Assembly (NCBI GenBank): GCA_005882775.1
Contig: VBDY01000129.1
Span: 1-59,319 of the forward strand
DNA from: Chloroflexota bacterium
Lineage (GTDB): Bacteria; Chloroflexota; Dormibacteria; CF-121
Direction of reading: 5' to 3'
Length of the DNA stretch: 59,319 bases
How positions within the stretch are numbered: position 1 is the first letter of the stretch; each line of letters starts with the position of its first letter. A program made the position numbers and the translations under genes. Below the pieces are notes generated by a model that saw only the letters and a program-made list of their open reading frames with translations, was not told the origin of the DNA and searched no databases. Positions 16,628 through 24,753 of this stretch are shown piece after piece.

Positions 16628-17515
16628 ATGGCCAGAGACGGACCATTTGCCGGCCATCCGCATTTTTGGGAGCGGGCGATGTCGCGCCGGCAGTTCCTGG
16701 CAGCATCGGCCGCGGCCTCGGGCGCGGCGATCACGTCTCCGTTGTGGATGCCGGCAATCGTGGAGGCATCCGGCGCCGACCCGGTGCCAATCCCGCCCAA
16801 TCCCGGCTTCTTCGGCTACAGCGTTTCCGGCGGCCCGGGTGCGGAACTCTCGTCGATCTTCAACTTCCGAGGGGTCACGGGAATGGCTACGGTCCAGGGG
16901 AAGGGAACGGGTTGGAACACCGCCACGAGAAAAAAGACCCGGTACTCCTTTGATAGTGACAACCGCTTCATGCAGGGCGAGTACATCGCTGTCAACGGCA
17001 GGCGTCACCGGGGAACCTTCGGCTTCGTCTGACTGGATATCTATGTAGAGGGTCAGGTTGATCCTCTGGCGGACGGGACGCACCAGCGGCACGACTTCGA
17101 TCCGGGGATCACCCCGGACGGCCTGTTCTGGACGTTTCGCATACCGAACAATCGGGTCAGGGTAGAAGCGGGCGACCTGGACCACGGCGCTTCGCTGAGC
17201 CTCCAGGGGCTTTCGCTTTTGGACTACGGCACGCTCGCGAATGCGCTGCTCACGCACGCGACAAAGCCGGTTCGCGCTAGCGCCTCCTTCACCTTGCGAT
17301 GGAGTGGTTCGACCGGGAACACGAGTGCCACCGACCCAGGTCCGAACCGATTCACGTACGAGGGGATCTTCACGCACGCGCGGCTCGCCTGGTCGGCCCG
17401 GGTGCCGAGCCAGCACTTCGCCTTTCAATCAGACCCGGCCAGCACGTCGTTCGAAACCTTCGCGGCGCTCGTCAACGAGCGAAACGGCAGCTTCTCCGAT
17501 ACCGACGACGATTAA
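16628..17515 (+). CDS. Tat-exported hypothetical protein with in-frame UGA at codon 135 (candidate selenoprotein, 295 aa)
   Basis: SRRQFL Tat motif; TGA 17030-17032 followed by 160 in-frame sense codons to TAA 17513-17515; SECIS-like hairpin after the UGA. Confidence 0.65.
17046..17068 (+). promoter_or_regulatory. Candidate bacterial SECIS element
   Basis: (U)AGAGGGUCA-GGU-UGAUCCUCU(G) stem-loop; 23 nt lie between the UGA and the G-starting apical loop. Confidence 0.6.
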
Positions 17516-17577
17516 CCCGACGGAGGCGACGGCTGCTTAACCGGCGTTAGGGAGGCGCCCGCTGTGGGGGGCCTCCC

Positions 17578-17838
17578 CTATTTCTGTCTGCCGCGCTTGC
17601 GGCCGGTCGCCCGGCGCGTCGTTGTCTTGCCGGTAGCTTTCGAGGTTGTGTCGCCAGAGCCCGGCTCGATCACAGCGTCGGCGAGCGCGGCAGCGAGATT
17701 GACCTCGGCCGACGTGGTCGCGGTCGCCACCTCGGCCGCGTTCAACAAGCGGTTTTCGACCTCCGCGGTGACGTCCTTGATGACGTTGCCGGGTTTGACG
17801 TGCTTGGCAGCCTTGCCGGCTTGCCGGGACCGGGCCAT
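17578..17838 (-). CDS. Small hypothetical protein with basic termini
   Basis: 86 aa ORF with TACAAT 6 nt upstream of ATG. Confidence 0.6.
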   Translation of the reverse strand: MARSRQAGKAAKHVKPGNVIKDVTAEVENRLLNAAEVATATTSAEVNLAAALADAVIEPGSGDTTSKATGKTTTRRATGRKRGRQK

Positions 17839-17874
17839 AGCTTCATTGTATGGGCGCCGGCGGCGAGGCCCTGG

Positions 17875-20283
17875 CTAGCCGGGTGATGCGCGGGCTGCGG
17901 CCTGACTGGGCGCTCCGCTACCTGCGGGCGCGCCGCTAACTGCCGGCGCGCTCGCGGATGCCGAACCGGACGCGCTCGGGCTCGGGGTTGCGCTCTCAGA
18001 AGCTGAGGGCAAGATGCTCGGTACGATGCTCGGGACGATGCTGGGGACCAGCGTCGGGGTCGGGTTGGGAGTTGGCGGCGGCGCCTTGCACTCCGTCCCC
18101 GGCAGGTATAGCTCTCTCTCTGAGGAATTTATCGAAGACCGGGCCGATGGCTTCGGGCTGGCCGACGGGCTCGAGGACGAACTGGACGACGAGCTGGCTG
18201 ACGGGCTCGCCGAGGGGCTGGCGTTCGAGCTGTCCGAGCACGGCGGGCCGGAGACCAGGCCGCTCGGCTGCTGGAAAGTTGCCACCGGGATGTTGGCAGC
18301 GCTCAGGCCGTTGTTGATGAAATCCCGGAGCACGCTGCTGCCGACCATGGTCCCGTAGACGCCGTTCATGTTTTGGTTGCCCGGACCGGTATGGCCCACC
18401 CAGGCGCCCATCGCGATATTCGGGCTGTACGCCATCATCCAGGCGTCCCGGTAGTTGTTGGTGGTCCCTGACTTCCCGGCCATCGGGCGGTTCCAGCCAA
18501 GGTTCCACTGGGTCGAATAGTCCTTCAGGATGTAGGTGATCAGGTAGGCCTCCTGTTGCGTCATCACCTGCTTCGGTTGGGGTGGGTTCGGCTTGTCCAG
18601 CGTGTTGCCGTTGCGGTCGGTCACCTCGAGGATGCTGATTGGTGGGTGCTCGGTTCCGCCGGTGGCGAAGACCGAGTAGCCGGCCACGTGGTCGAGCATC
18701 TTGACGTCGCTCGAGCCAATGGCGGTCGTCACCTCGGACTTGAGGTTGGTGGTGATCCCCATCTCGTGAGCGAAGGCGATCACGTTATCGACGCCGGCCT
18801 TCTGCATCGTTTCCAGCGCCGGGATGTTACGGGATAGGAGAAGCGCCTTGTGGGCGGTGATCTTGCCCATGTCACGGAAGTCGAAATCGTGAAACCGCCC
18901 GTTTGCGAAGTGCCTGGAGGTGTCGTCGAGGATGTCGCCCATGGTCATGGTGTGATCCTTGAAGGCCGTCTCGTAGGCATAGGGCTTGAAGGACGAACCC
19001 GGCTGGCGCAGTCCGTCCGCGGCCACGTTGAACTGTCCGTTGATCGTGTTGTTGTAAAAATCGACCGAGCCCACCATGGCCAGGATCTGGCCGGTCTTCG
19101 GGTCGATGGCGACGAGGTCTCCGTTATCCGCGCCCAGCGGACCGAGGCGTTGAATGCCCAGCTCGACCGCGTGCTGGGCGGCCCGCTGCAGGTTGAGGTC
19201 GAGGCTGGTCTTGACCACGAAGCCGCCGTGCTCGACGGTGTTTGCGCCGTAGCTCTGCTCCAGCTGCTGGAACACGTAGTCGACGAAGTGGGGCGCCTGG
19301 GTTGTCCGCTGTTCCTTGAAGGTGAAGGTGAGCTTCTCAGCCTTGGCCTGGTCGGCCTGGTCCTGGGTGATCATCTGCGAGCTGACCATGGCGTCCAGGA
19401 CGACCGCCTGCCGCTGTTGGGCTCGGTCCGGGTGGGCCAGCGGGTCGTAATAGGTCGGCCCGTTGGGGAGACCGGCCAGGAGTGAGGCTTCGGCCAGGGT
19501 CAGGTCTTTCGCATGCTTCCCGAAATAGACCTGCGATGCCGCCTCGATGCCGGTGGCATGGTGGCCGTAGAAAATGGTGTTCAGGTACAGCTCCAGGATC
19601 TGGTCTTTGGAGTAGCGCTGCTCGAGGGCGGTGGCCAGCAGCAGCTCGCGGAACTTCCGCAGCGGCGTCTTTTGGGGCGATTGCAGGATGGCGATCTTGG
19701 CCAGCTGCTGGGTGATCGTGCTAGCCCCCTGCTCGGGCCGCCGGGCGATGACATCCACGAAGAAGGCCTTCACCACCCTGCCCCAGTCGACGCCGTGGTG
19801 CTGGTAGAAATGGCGGTCCTCGACCGCGATCGTGGCGTTCTTCAGCTTCTCGCTGATGTCGGCGAGCTTGACGGGGGTCACCCTGCTCCCCTGGGCGTTA
19901 CGCTCTTCGATCAGGTTGCCGTGCCGGTCGACGATCGCGACCGAGCCAGCGGTCAGGTCGAGCTTGGTCGGGTCGGGCAGCGTGGCGTATGCGTAGAGGA
20001 CCACGCCGATGAAGAGCAGCCCCAGGACGGCGACCGCGATGGCTCCATACTTGACGAGGTCGCGGCCGCTCGGCGGCCACCAACCCAGCGGTGGTCGCCA
20101 GCCGGCCGGCCGCGTCTTGCCGCTGCGTGTCCGTCGGGCTGGGCCGGGCCTGCCTGGAGAAGGCGCGGCTTCTGGGACCGCCGCAACCTCGGGGCCGGGC
20201 CCGCTCTCGGGCTTTGGCACCTCACGCGTGTGGGGCGTCCGCGAAATCGGCCGGCCGTTGTCCTCCGGAACCCGGTCAGCCAT
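17875..20283 (-). CDS. Class A penicillin-binding protein (transglycosylase-transpeptidase)
   Basis: EDRHFYQHHG, GASTITQQL, RKFRE; QPGSSFKP, SRN, KSGTT; N-terminal TM; Ser/Pro-rich tail. Confidence 0.95.
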   Translation of the reverse strand: MADRVPEDNGRPISRTPHTREVPKPESGPGPEVAAVPEAAPSPGRPGPARRTRSGKTRPAGWRPPLGWWPPSGRDLVKYGAIAVAVLGLLFIGVVLYAYATLPDPTKLDLTAGSVAIVDRHGNLIEERNAQGSRVTPVKLADISEKLKNATIAVEDRHFYQHHGVDWGRVVKAFFVDVIARRPEQGASTITQQLAKIAILQSPQKTPLRKFRELLLATALEQRYSKDQILELYLNTIFYGHHATGIEAASQVYFGKHAKDLTLAEASLLAGLPNGPTYYDPLAHPDRAQQRQAVVLDAMVSSQMITQDQADQAKAEKLTFTFKEQRTTQAPHFVDYVFQQLEQSYGANTVEHGGFVVKTSLDLNLQRAAQHAVELGIQRLGPLGADNGDLVAIDPKTGQILAMVGSVDFYNNTINGQFNVAADGLRQPGSSFKPYAYETAFKDHTMTMGDILDDTSRHFANGRFHDFDFRDMGKITAHKALLLSRNIPALETMQKAGVDNVIAFAHEMGITTNLKSEVTTAIGSSDVKMLDHVAGYSVFATGGTEHPPISILEVTDRNGNTLDKPNPPQPKQVMTQQEAYLITYILKDYSTQWNLGWNRPMAGKSGTTNNYRDAWMMAYSPNIAMGAWVGHTGPGNQNMNGVYGTMVGSSVLRDFINNGLSAANIPVATFQQPSGLVSGPPCSDSSNASPSASPSASSSSSSSSSPSASPKPSARSSINSSERELYLPGTECKAPPPTPNPTPTLVPSIVPSIVPSILPSASESATPSPSASGSASASAPAVSGAPAGSGAPSQAAARASPG
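18013..18048. repeat. 3 x 12-bp tandem repeat encoding (VPSI)3 in the PBP tail
   Basis: GATGCTCGGTAC GATGCTCGGGAC GATGCTGGGGAC. Confidence 0.7.
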
Positions 20284-20304
20284 GGAAACCCCGAGTAGCC
20301 CTGC

Positions 20305-20811
20305 TTATCGCTTCTTGGATACCGCGGCCCGGCCGCGCTCCTGCGGGCTGCTCGCTCCGCTGATGATCTTTCGCGCATAGCCGGCGGCCAGTGCGGTCAG
20401 TGCCGCCTCCAGTGCGCTGACCAGCAGCCGCTGGGCAACGCTCTCACGGCGCTCGACCTGGGCCTGTTTGCTCTTGCTGTCCGCGCGGATGATCCGCCTC
20501 TGAGCCGTGGCCCAGGCGCGAGCATCGTCGGTGAAGTCGTTGACCCGGTCGCGCAGGTCGTTCAGCTTTAGCTTGCGCACGAGCCGCTCGGCGGCGGAGC
20601 GCTGGGTGCGCCGTCGGTATGCCAGGACCGAAAGCCCGGCGATCCCGAAGAGAAGCGCAGCGGTCGACAACTGCACCACGCGATTCGTCTGAAGCTGGGT
20701 GCGGACGTCGAGGTTGCGCTTCGCCTTCAGCTGGATGGCGTCGAGCGTCTGGGTGAGGTGCTCCCGGGTCCTCTCTACTTCCCGTTGCGCTTGAGTAGAT
20801 GTTTGGCCCAT
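20305..20811 (-). CDS. DUF3618-like protein
   Basis: MGQTSTQAQREVERTREHLTQTLDAI plus one TM segment; follows the holin-like gene. Confidence 0.7.
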   Translation of the reverse strand: MGQTSTQAQREVERTREHLTQTLDAIQLKAKRNLDVRTQLQTNRVVQLSTAALLFGIAGLSVLAYRRRTQRSAAERLVRKLKLNDLRDRVNDFTDDARAWATAQRRIIRADSKSKQAQVERRESVAQRLLVSALEAALTALAAGYARKIISGASSPQERGRAAVSKKR

Positions 20812-21173
20812 TCGGCATCCTCCTTCAATGTGGTCATGGTCTTGGGCGGCGCCCCGACCTTCAGCAGGCCCTTGCCAACCAGTGCCAGCACGATGGCCAG
20901 AACCAGGAATATTGCCGTCTCGATGGCGCCCACCAGGACATGCGGCTCGATCAGGAGCGCGATCGTGACCAGGCCCAGCACGACGAACAGGAGTGCGCAC
21001 AGGGCTGCGGCGGCGAGCAGGATGGCAGCCTTCACGTTGCTGACCAGCATCTCCCGCACCTCGATCTTGGCCAGCTGGATCTCCTGCTGGACAAGCCGAA
21101 CCACGTCTTCGACCGCCACCCGGGCCAGGTCGATCAGACCGTGTTTGCCGTCGGGGGCCGTAGCAGTCTGCAT
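20775..21173 (-). CDS. Phage_holin_3_6/YqjE family membrane protein
   Basis: LVQQEIQLAKIE, two TM segments, PPKTMTTLKEDAEW; SD AGGAAGGAGG. Confidence 0.85.
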   Translation of the reverse strand: MQTATAPDGKHGLIDLARVAVEDVVRLVQQEIQLAKIEVREMLVSNVKAAILLAAAALCALLFVVLGLVTIALLIEPHVLVGAIETAIFLVLAIVLALVGKGLLKVGAPPKTMTTLKEDAEWAKHLLKRNGK

Positions 21174-21272
21174 GACGCGCCCTCCTTCCTTGGAGCGAAC
21201 TCTGTCGAACTCAAATCATTATATTGAGTTTGTCACTTAACCGTCAAAGCCGTACCCGGTTATTATGCCCAC

Positions 21273-21479
21273 ATGGAGCAACAAATTCCCGGCACGCCCG
21301 ACCCGGCGATCACCAATCCTGGCCAACCGCGAGTCCCTGATCCGCAGGGGCCGGAGCTCGCCCCGGAGCCGAACCGGCCGGAAATCCAGGAGCCGCCGCC
21401 CGCCCCTGTTGAGGTGCCTCAGCCCGGAATCAACCGGCCCGAGATCCAGCGACCGACGTATCCCGGCCACCAATCCTAA
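21273..21479 (+). CDS. Small proline-rich hypothetical protein
   Basis: TATTAT 6 nt upstream of ATG; NRPEIQ occurs twice. Confidence 0.5.
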   Translation: MEQQIPGTPDPAITNPGQPRVPDPQGPELAPEPNRPEIQEPPPAPVEVPQPGINRPEIQRPTYPGHQS

Positions 21480-21603
21480 TAGCTGGCCCTCCCCCGGGGA
21501 GAGAGCGGGGTGAGGGCCCTTCTTGACTTTCCCTTAGTAACCTCCCATAGTTCTCCAAGGTCACCTAGGGTGACGCTCTGGACACGGAGGACAGGAGGGA
21601 AGA

Positions 21604-22950
21604 ATGGGGAAACGCACCTTCTCAGTGGGTGGGCTGTTGGTGTCGTCGGCGATGGTCGCCGGCTTTTTCGGTAGCTCGATCACAGCCAGCGCGACCTCGA
21701 CCACCTACACGATTGGCGTGGACAACGCCACGCCGAACGGCCACGACTTCGAGTACGTCGACTTTTTCCCGCGTGGTCTCCCTCTGGATGATTCCGGAGC
21801 AAGCCCGACGCTGATCCCTGATGGGGCCACCCTGGACTTTGCCTGGAACCCAGGTTCCCCAGACGGCTTCCATACGGCGACGTTGCTGAAGGCAGGAACG
21901 GCCCCCGGCCCGAACACATGGGGCAGCGATCACCCAGTCGCGGTTCCCGACAGTGACGATGGCACTGGAAAGCTTCAGTTGAATCCGGCGATCCTGGCGC
22001 CGGGGCCCGATCCATCGTGCGGGCACGATGTGGGCAGCCCCTGCCACTACGGCGGTGGTACCGAGCTGAACTCCGGCGCGCAGCCCACAGCAACCGGAGC
22101 CCACTACTTCGTCAATATCTCCCTCGACACAAGCTCCCCGACGACGGTCCACTTTGTCTGCCTGATCCACCCGGGGATGCAGGGCGCCGTCACGGTCGTG
22201 CCAGCTAATTCTGAGGCTTCGCCGCTCACCCCGGCGCAGGTCTCGGCAGCGGCGGCGGCTCAATACACTGCCGACAATACGGAAGCATTCGCGGCTGAAA
22301 ACGCGGCAAACAGTGCGGCCGTGACGACGAGCGCCGACGGCTCGCGCACCATCACCATGACGGCGGGGACGGCAAGCCAGCACGTCGAAGTTGCCGAGAT
22401 GCTGCCCAGCCAGGTCCGGGTCAGACAGGGCGATCGCGTGAAGTGGGTCACGAAAACGAGGTCCGATATTCATACGGTCACCTTCCCCAACGGCGCCGGT
22501 TCAAATAGCGTCGACCCGATTCCGTTCGTCTGTGAGGGGACAGGCGCAGTGGACACGGCCGCCAATCCGGCGGCAGGCCCTCCCGCGTTTGGCTGTGCCT
22601 CACCCGACAAGGTCGAGAATCACCTCATCCCGGGTCCTCTGGGGCCGCGGGCGATCACCAGCACCTCGACCGTCGCCTCGTCTGGGATCCTGGCCAACGC
22701 GCCGGCACCCTTCCCGAACAACTTCACGTTCACCTTCCCGAGAACGGGAACCTTTGCCTATATGTGCCGGATCCACGACCACATGGTCGGGACGGTCGTG
22801 GTTAGTGCCGCCAGCCGGCTCGCACAGACGGGCCGTGGACCTACCTCCGGCTCAAGTCCCCTGCCGTTTGGTGCCCTTCTTGGAGGATTTGCCCTTCTGC
22901 TCGGGCTCGGACTTCTGGCAACACGGAGGCTGAGCTCCACGCGTCGCTGA
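21604..22950 (+). CDS. Exported tandem cupredoxin protein with LAQTG sorting signal
   Basis: Signal peptide; HTAT...CLIHPGM and HTVT...CRIHDHM type-1 Cu ligand sets; LAQTG + hydrophobic segment + RRLSSTRR. Confidence 0.85.
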   Translation: MGKRTFSVGGLLVSSAMVAGFFGSSITASATSTTYTIGVDNATPNGHDFEYVDFFPRGLPLDDSGASPTLIPDGATLDFAWNPGSPDGFHTATLLKAGTAPGPNTWGSDHPVAVPDSDDGTGKLQLNPAILAPGPDPSCGHDVGSPCHYGGGTELNSGAQPTATGAHYFVNISLDTSSPTTVHFVCLIHPGMQGAVTVVPANSEASPLTPAQVSAAAAAQYTADNTEAFAAENAANSAAVTTSADGSRTITMTAGTASQHVEVAEMLPSQVRVRQGDRVKWVTKTRSDIHTVTFPNGAGSNSVDPIPFVCEGTGAVDTAANPAAGPPAFGCASPDKVENHLIPGPLGPRAITSTSTVASSGILANAPAPFPNNFTFTFPRTGTFAYMCRIHDHMVGTVVVSAASRLAQTGRGPTSGSSPLPFGALLGGFALLLGLGLLATRRLSSTRR

Positions 22951-22963
22951 CTTACCGAATGGG

Positions 22964-23006
22964 AAGAGGCTTCGCCGGCGGTCCGGCGGGGCCTCTTTTC
23001 GTTTTG
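22964..23006 (+). terminator. Rho-independent terminator
   Basis: AAGAGGCTTCGCCGG-CGGT-CCGGCGGGGCCTCTT followed by TTCGTTTT. Confidence 0.75.
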
Positions 23007-23030
23007 TGGACTTCCTATCTTTCGGGAATA

Positions 23031-23714
23031 ATGGATGCACTGATCGCTAGCATCCCCGGGGTTCGGGGCGCCCAGGCGTATTTATACGAAGGCTCAGGCG
23101 GCCTGGCCGTCATCGACCCCGGCTACACCGGTAGCTTCAGGGCGGTCCTTCGATTTCTGGCCGAACACGGTCGCGCCGCGCAGGAGCTGCGCTGGGTGAT
23201 CCTGACTCACCACCACGTGGACCACGGCGGGACCGCGCTGGCGCTCTGCCAGGCGACTGGTGCCCGTCTGGCCCTCCACGCGGACGACGCGCCCTACCTG
23301 GTCCCGGGCCGGCCCAGGGAGCGGATGACCGGTTGGGGGCTGATCGACGTGATTCCCGCCGGCCTGGCGCAGTACCTGATGACCTGTGCGGCCTGCGAGA
23401 CGACCAGGCTCTACGAGGGCGATACGATTGCCGGCCTCCGCGTCATCCATGCACCGGGCCATACGCCCGGCAGCATCTGCCTGTTCGCGCCAGAAGAATC
23501 GGCGCTCTTCCTCGGTGACGTACTGAACAACCAGCGCGGGTTGGCCCGGCCCCCATGGACAGTCAACTACAACCATCGCCGGGCGCAGAGAGCGCCGCTT
23601 CGCCTATCGGGACTGACCTTCGAGCGCGCCTACTTCGGTCACGGCAGCCCGCTTCTACACGACGCCTCGGGCTTGATCGCCGGATACCTTGGCGCTCGTT
23701 TGCACCTCCAGTAG
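23031..23714 (+). CDS. MBL fold metallo-hydrolase
   Basis: IDPG, THHHVDHGG, PGHTPGS, GD, GHG. Confidence 0.9.
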   Translation: MDALIASIPGVRGAQAYLYEGSGGLAVIDPGYTGSFRAVLRFLAEHGRAAQELRWVILTHHHVDHGGTALALCQATGARLALHADDAPYLVPGRPRERMTGWGLIDVIPAGLAQYLMTCAACETTRLYEGDTIAGLRVIHAPGHTPGSICLFAPEESALFLGDVLNNQRGLARPPWTVNYNHRRAQRAPLRLSGLTFERAYFGHGSPLLHDASGLIAGYLGARLHLQ

Positions 23715-24743
23715 ATCCAGGATCACGCCAGCCCAGGTCGCCAGGTGGGGACGCCGGCGTGCAATCGCCGACGCGATTCGCGGCACTGCTCCATGGCCGC
23801 CGCCTACGATGGCCACGGTGCGGGCGGTCGCCGGGCCTCCGTGAAAGCCTCCTGAGGGATGCGCTGGTGCGGCAAAGATCCATCCGGGTCGAGCGCCCAG
23901 GATCAAGAGCTCGGGGCCGCCAGGTTGCCAGCTCGCCACCCCGTCGACCCGAGCCAGGACATTTCCCGCGCGCTCCTGCGGAATCCCGGGTCGCAGATGG
24001 ACCAGGGCGGCACCGCCGTCCGGGATGACGCCGTCGGACAGCTCGGCAAATCCCGGGTCGGCCGTCAAATCGATCGGAGGCGTTGGGGTCCGAGCCTCCA
24101 TGTCGTGGTCGGAGACGATGATGACCACGGTCTGCGACCAGACCGGTTGCAGTGCGTCGAGCAGCTCGCCGACCAGTCCGTCTGTCTGCTGGTAACAGGT
24201 CAAGGCGGCCTCGCTCTCGGGCCCCTGGTCATGTCCCACCGTGTCGGCTTCGTTGATGTGTCCGAAGACGAACGGGATGTCGCGGTCCTCCAGGACCTTC
24301 AGGAGATGAGGGCGTACGGCCGCGTTGGCCGGGTAGCCGTGGGCGTCGAGGGGCACGCCTTCGGGAATCGCATCATCGGGAGGCCAGCGAAAGCCGGCGG
24401 CCCTGGTGCAGAGCAGCCCGCGGTCGTCTCCCATCACCGCGGCTGTCCGCAGCCCGGCCGCGGCCAGTCGCTCGAAGATGGTCGGCGCAGTTGGTATACG
24501 GCTGCCGGCCCAGTCGGGCAAATCGGCAAACCTCCAGGCAGTCGTCCGGACACCGTGCCGTTCGGGGAGCTGACCGGTGAGCAGCGTGCAGAAGCCCGGG
24601 TCCGTCGAAGAGGGGAGGGAGGTCACCCCGCCCTCGGGCGCTCGACCGCCCTCCTGGGCCAGGCGCCACATGCGCGGCGTGAGATCGGGCCGAATGGCGC
24701 GGTGGGGGAACCCGTCGAGCCCGAGGAGCACGACCCGGGTCAC
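23655..24743 (-). CDS. Alkaline phosphatase superfamily (nucleotide pyrophosphatase/phosphodiesterase-like) protein
   Basis: LLGLDGF, PSSTDPG..TLLTG..PERHGV, DTVGH..GP, VSDHDM, GFHG. Confidence 0.85.
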   Translation of the reverse strand: MTRVVLLGLDGFPHRAIRPDLTPRMWRLAQEGGRAPEGGVTSLPSSTDPGFCTLLTGQLPERHGVRTTAWRFADLPDWAGSRIPTAPTIFERLAAAGLRTAAVMGDDRGLLCTRAAGFRWPPDDAIPEGVPLDAHGYPANAAVRPHLLKVLEDRDIPFVFGHINEADTVGHDQGPESEAALTCYQQTDGLVGELLDALQPVWSQTVVIIVSDHDMEARTPTPPIDLTADPGFAELSDGVIPDGGAALVHLRPGIPQERAGNVLARVDGVASWQPGGPELLILGARPGWIFAAPAHPSGGFHGGPATARTVAIVGGGHGAVPRIASAIARRRPHLATWAGVILDLLEVQTSAKVSGDQARGVV

Positions 24744-24753
24744 CGCGCTTTGC

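Noticed and set aside
16490-17428. 312 aa antisense ORF over the UGA-containing gene
   Set aside because: Arg/Pro-rich shadow frame typical of high-GC DNA; the plus strand has the SD, Tat motif and codon bias
18013-18250. Tandem repeats as a CRISPR or contingency locus
   Set aside because: In-frame low-complexity Ser/Pro linker of the PBP; no spacers or cas genes
20305-21173. Prophage lysis cassette suggested by the holin-family gene
   Set aside because: The YqjE-like plus DUF3618 pair is a common chromosomal arrangement; no phage genes are nearby
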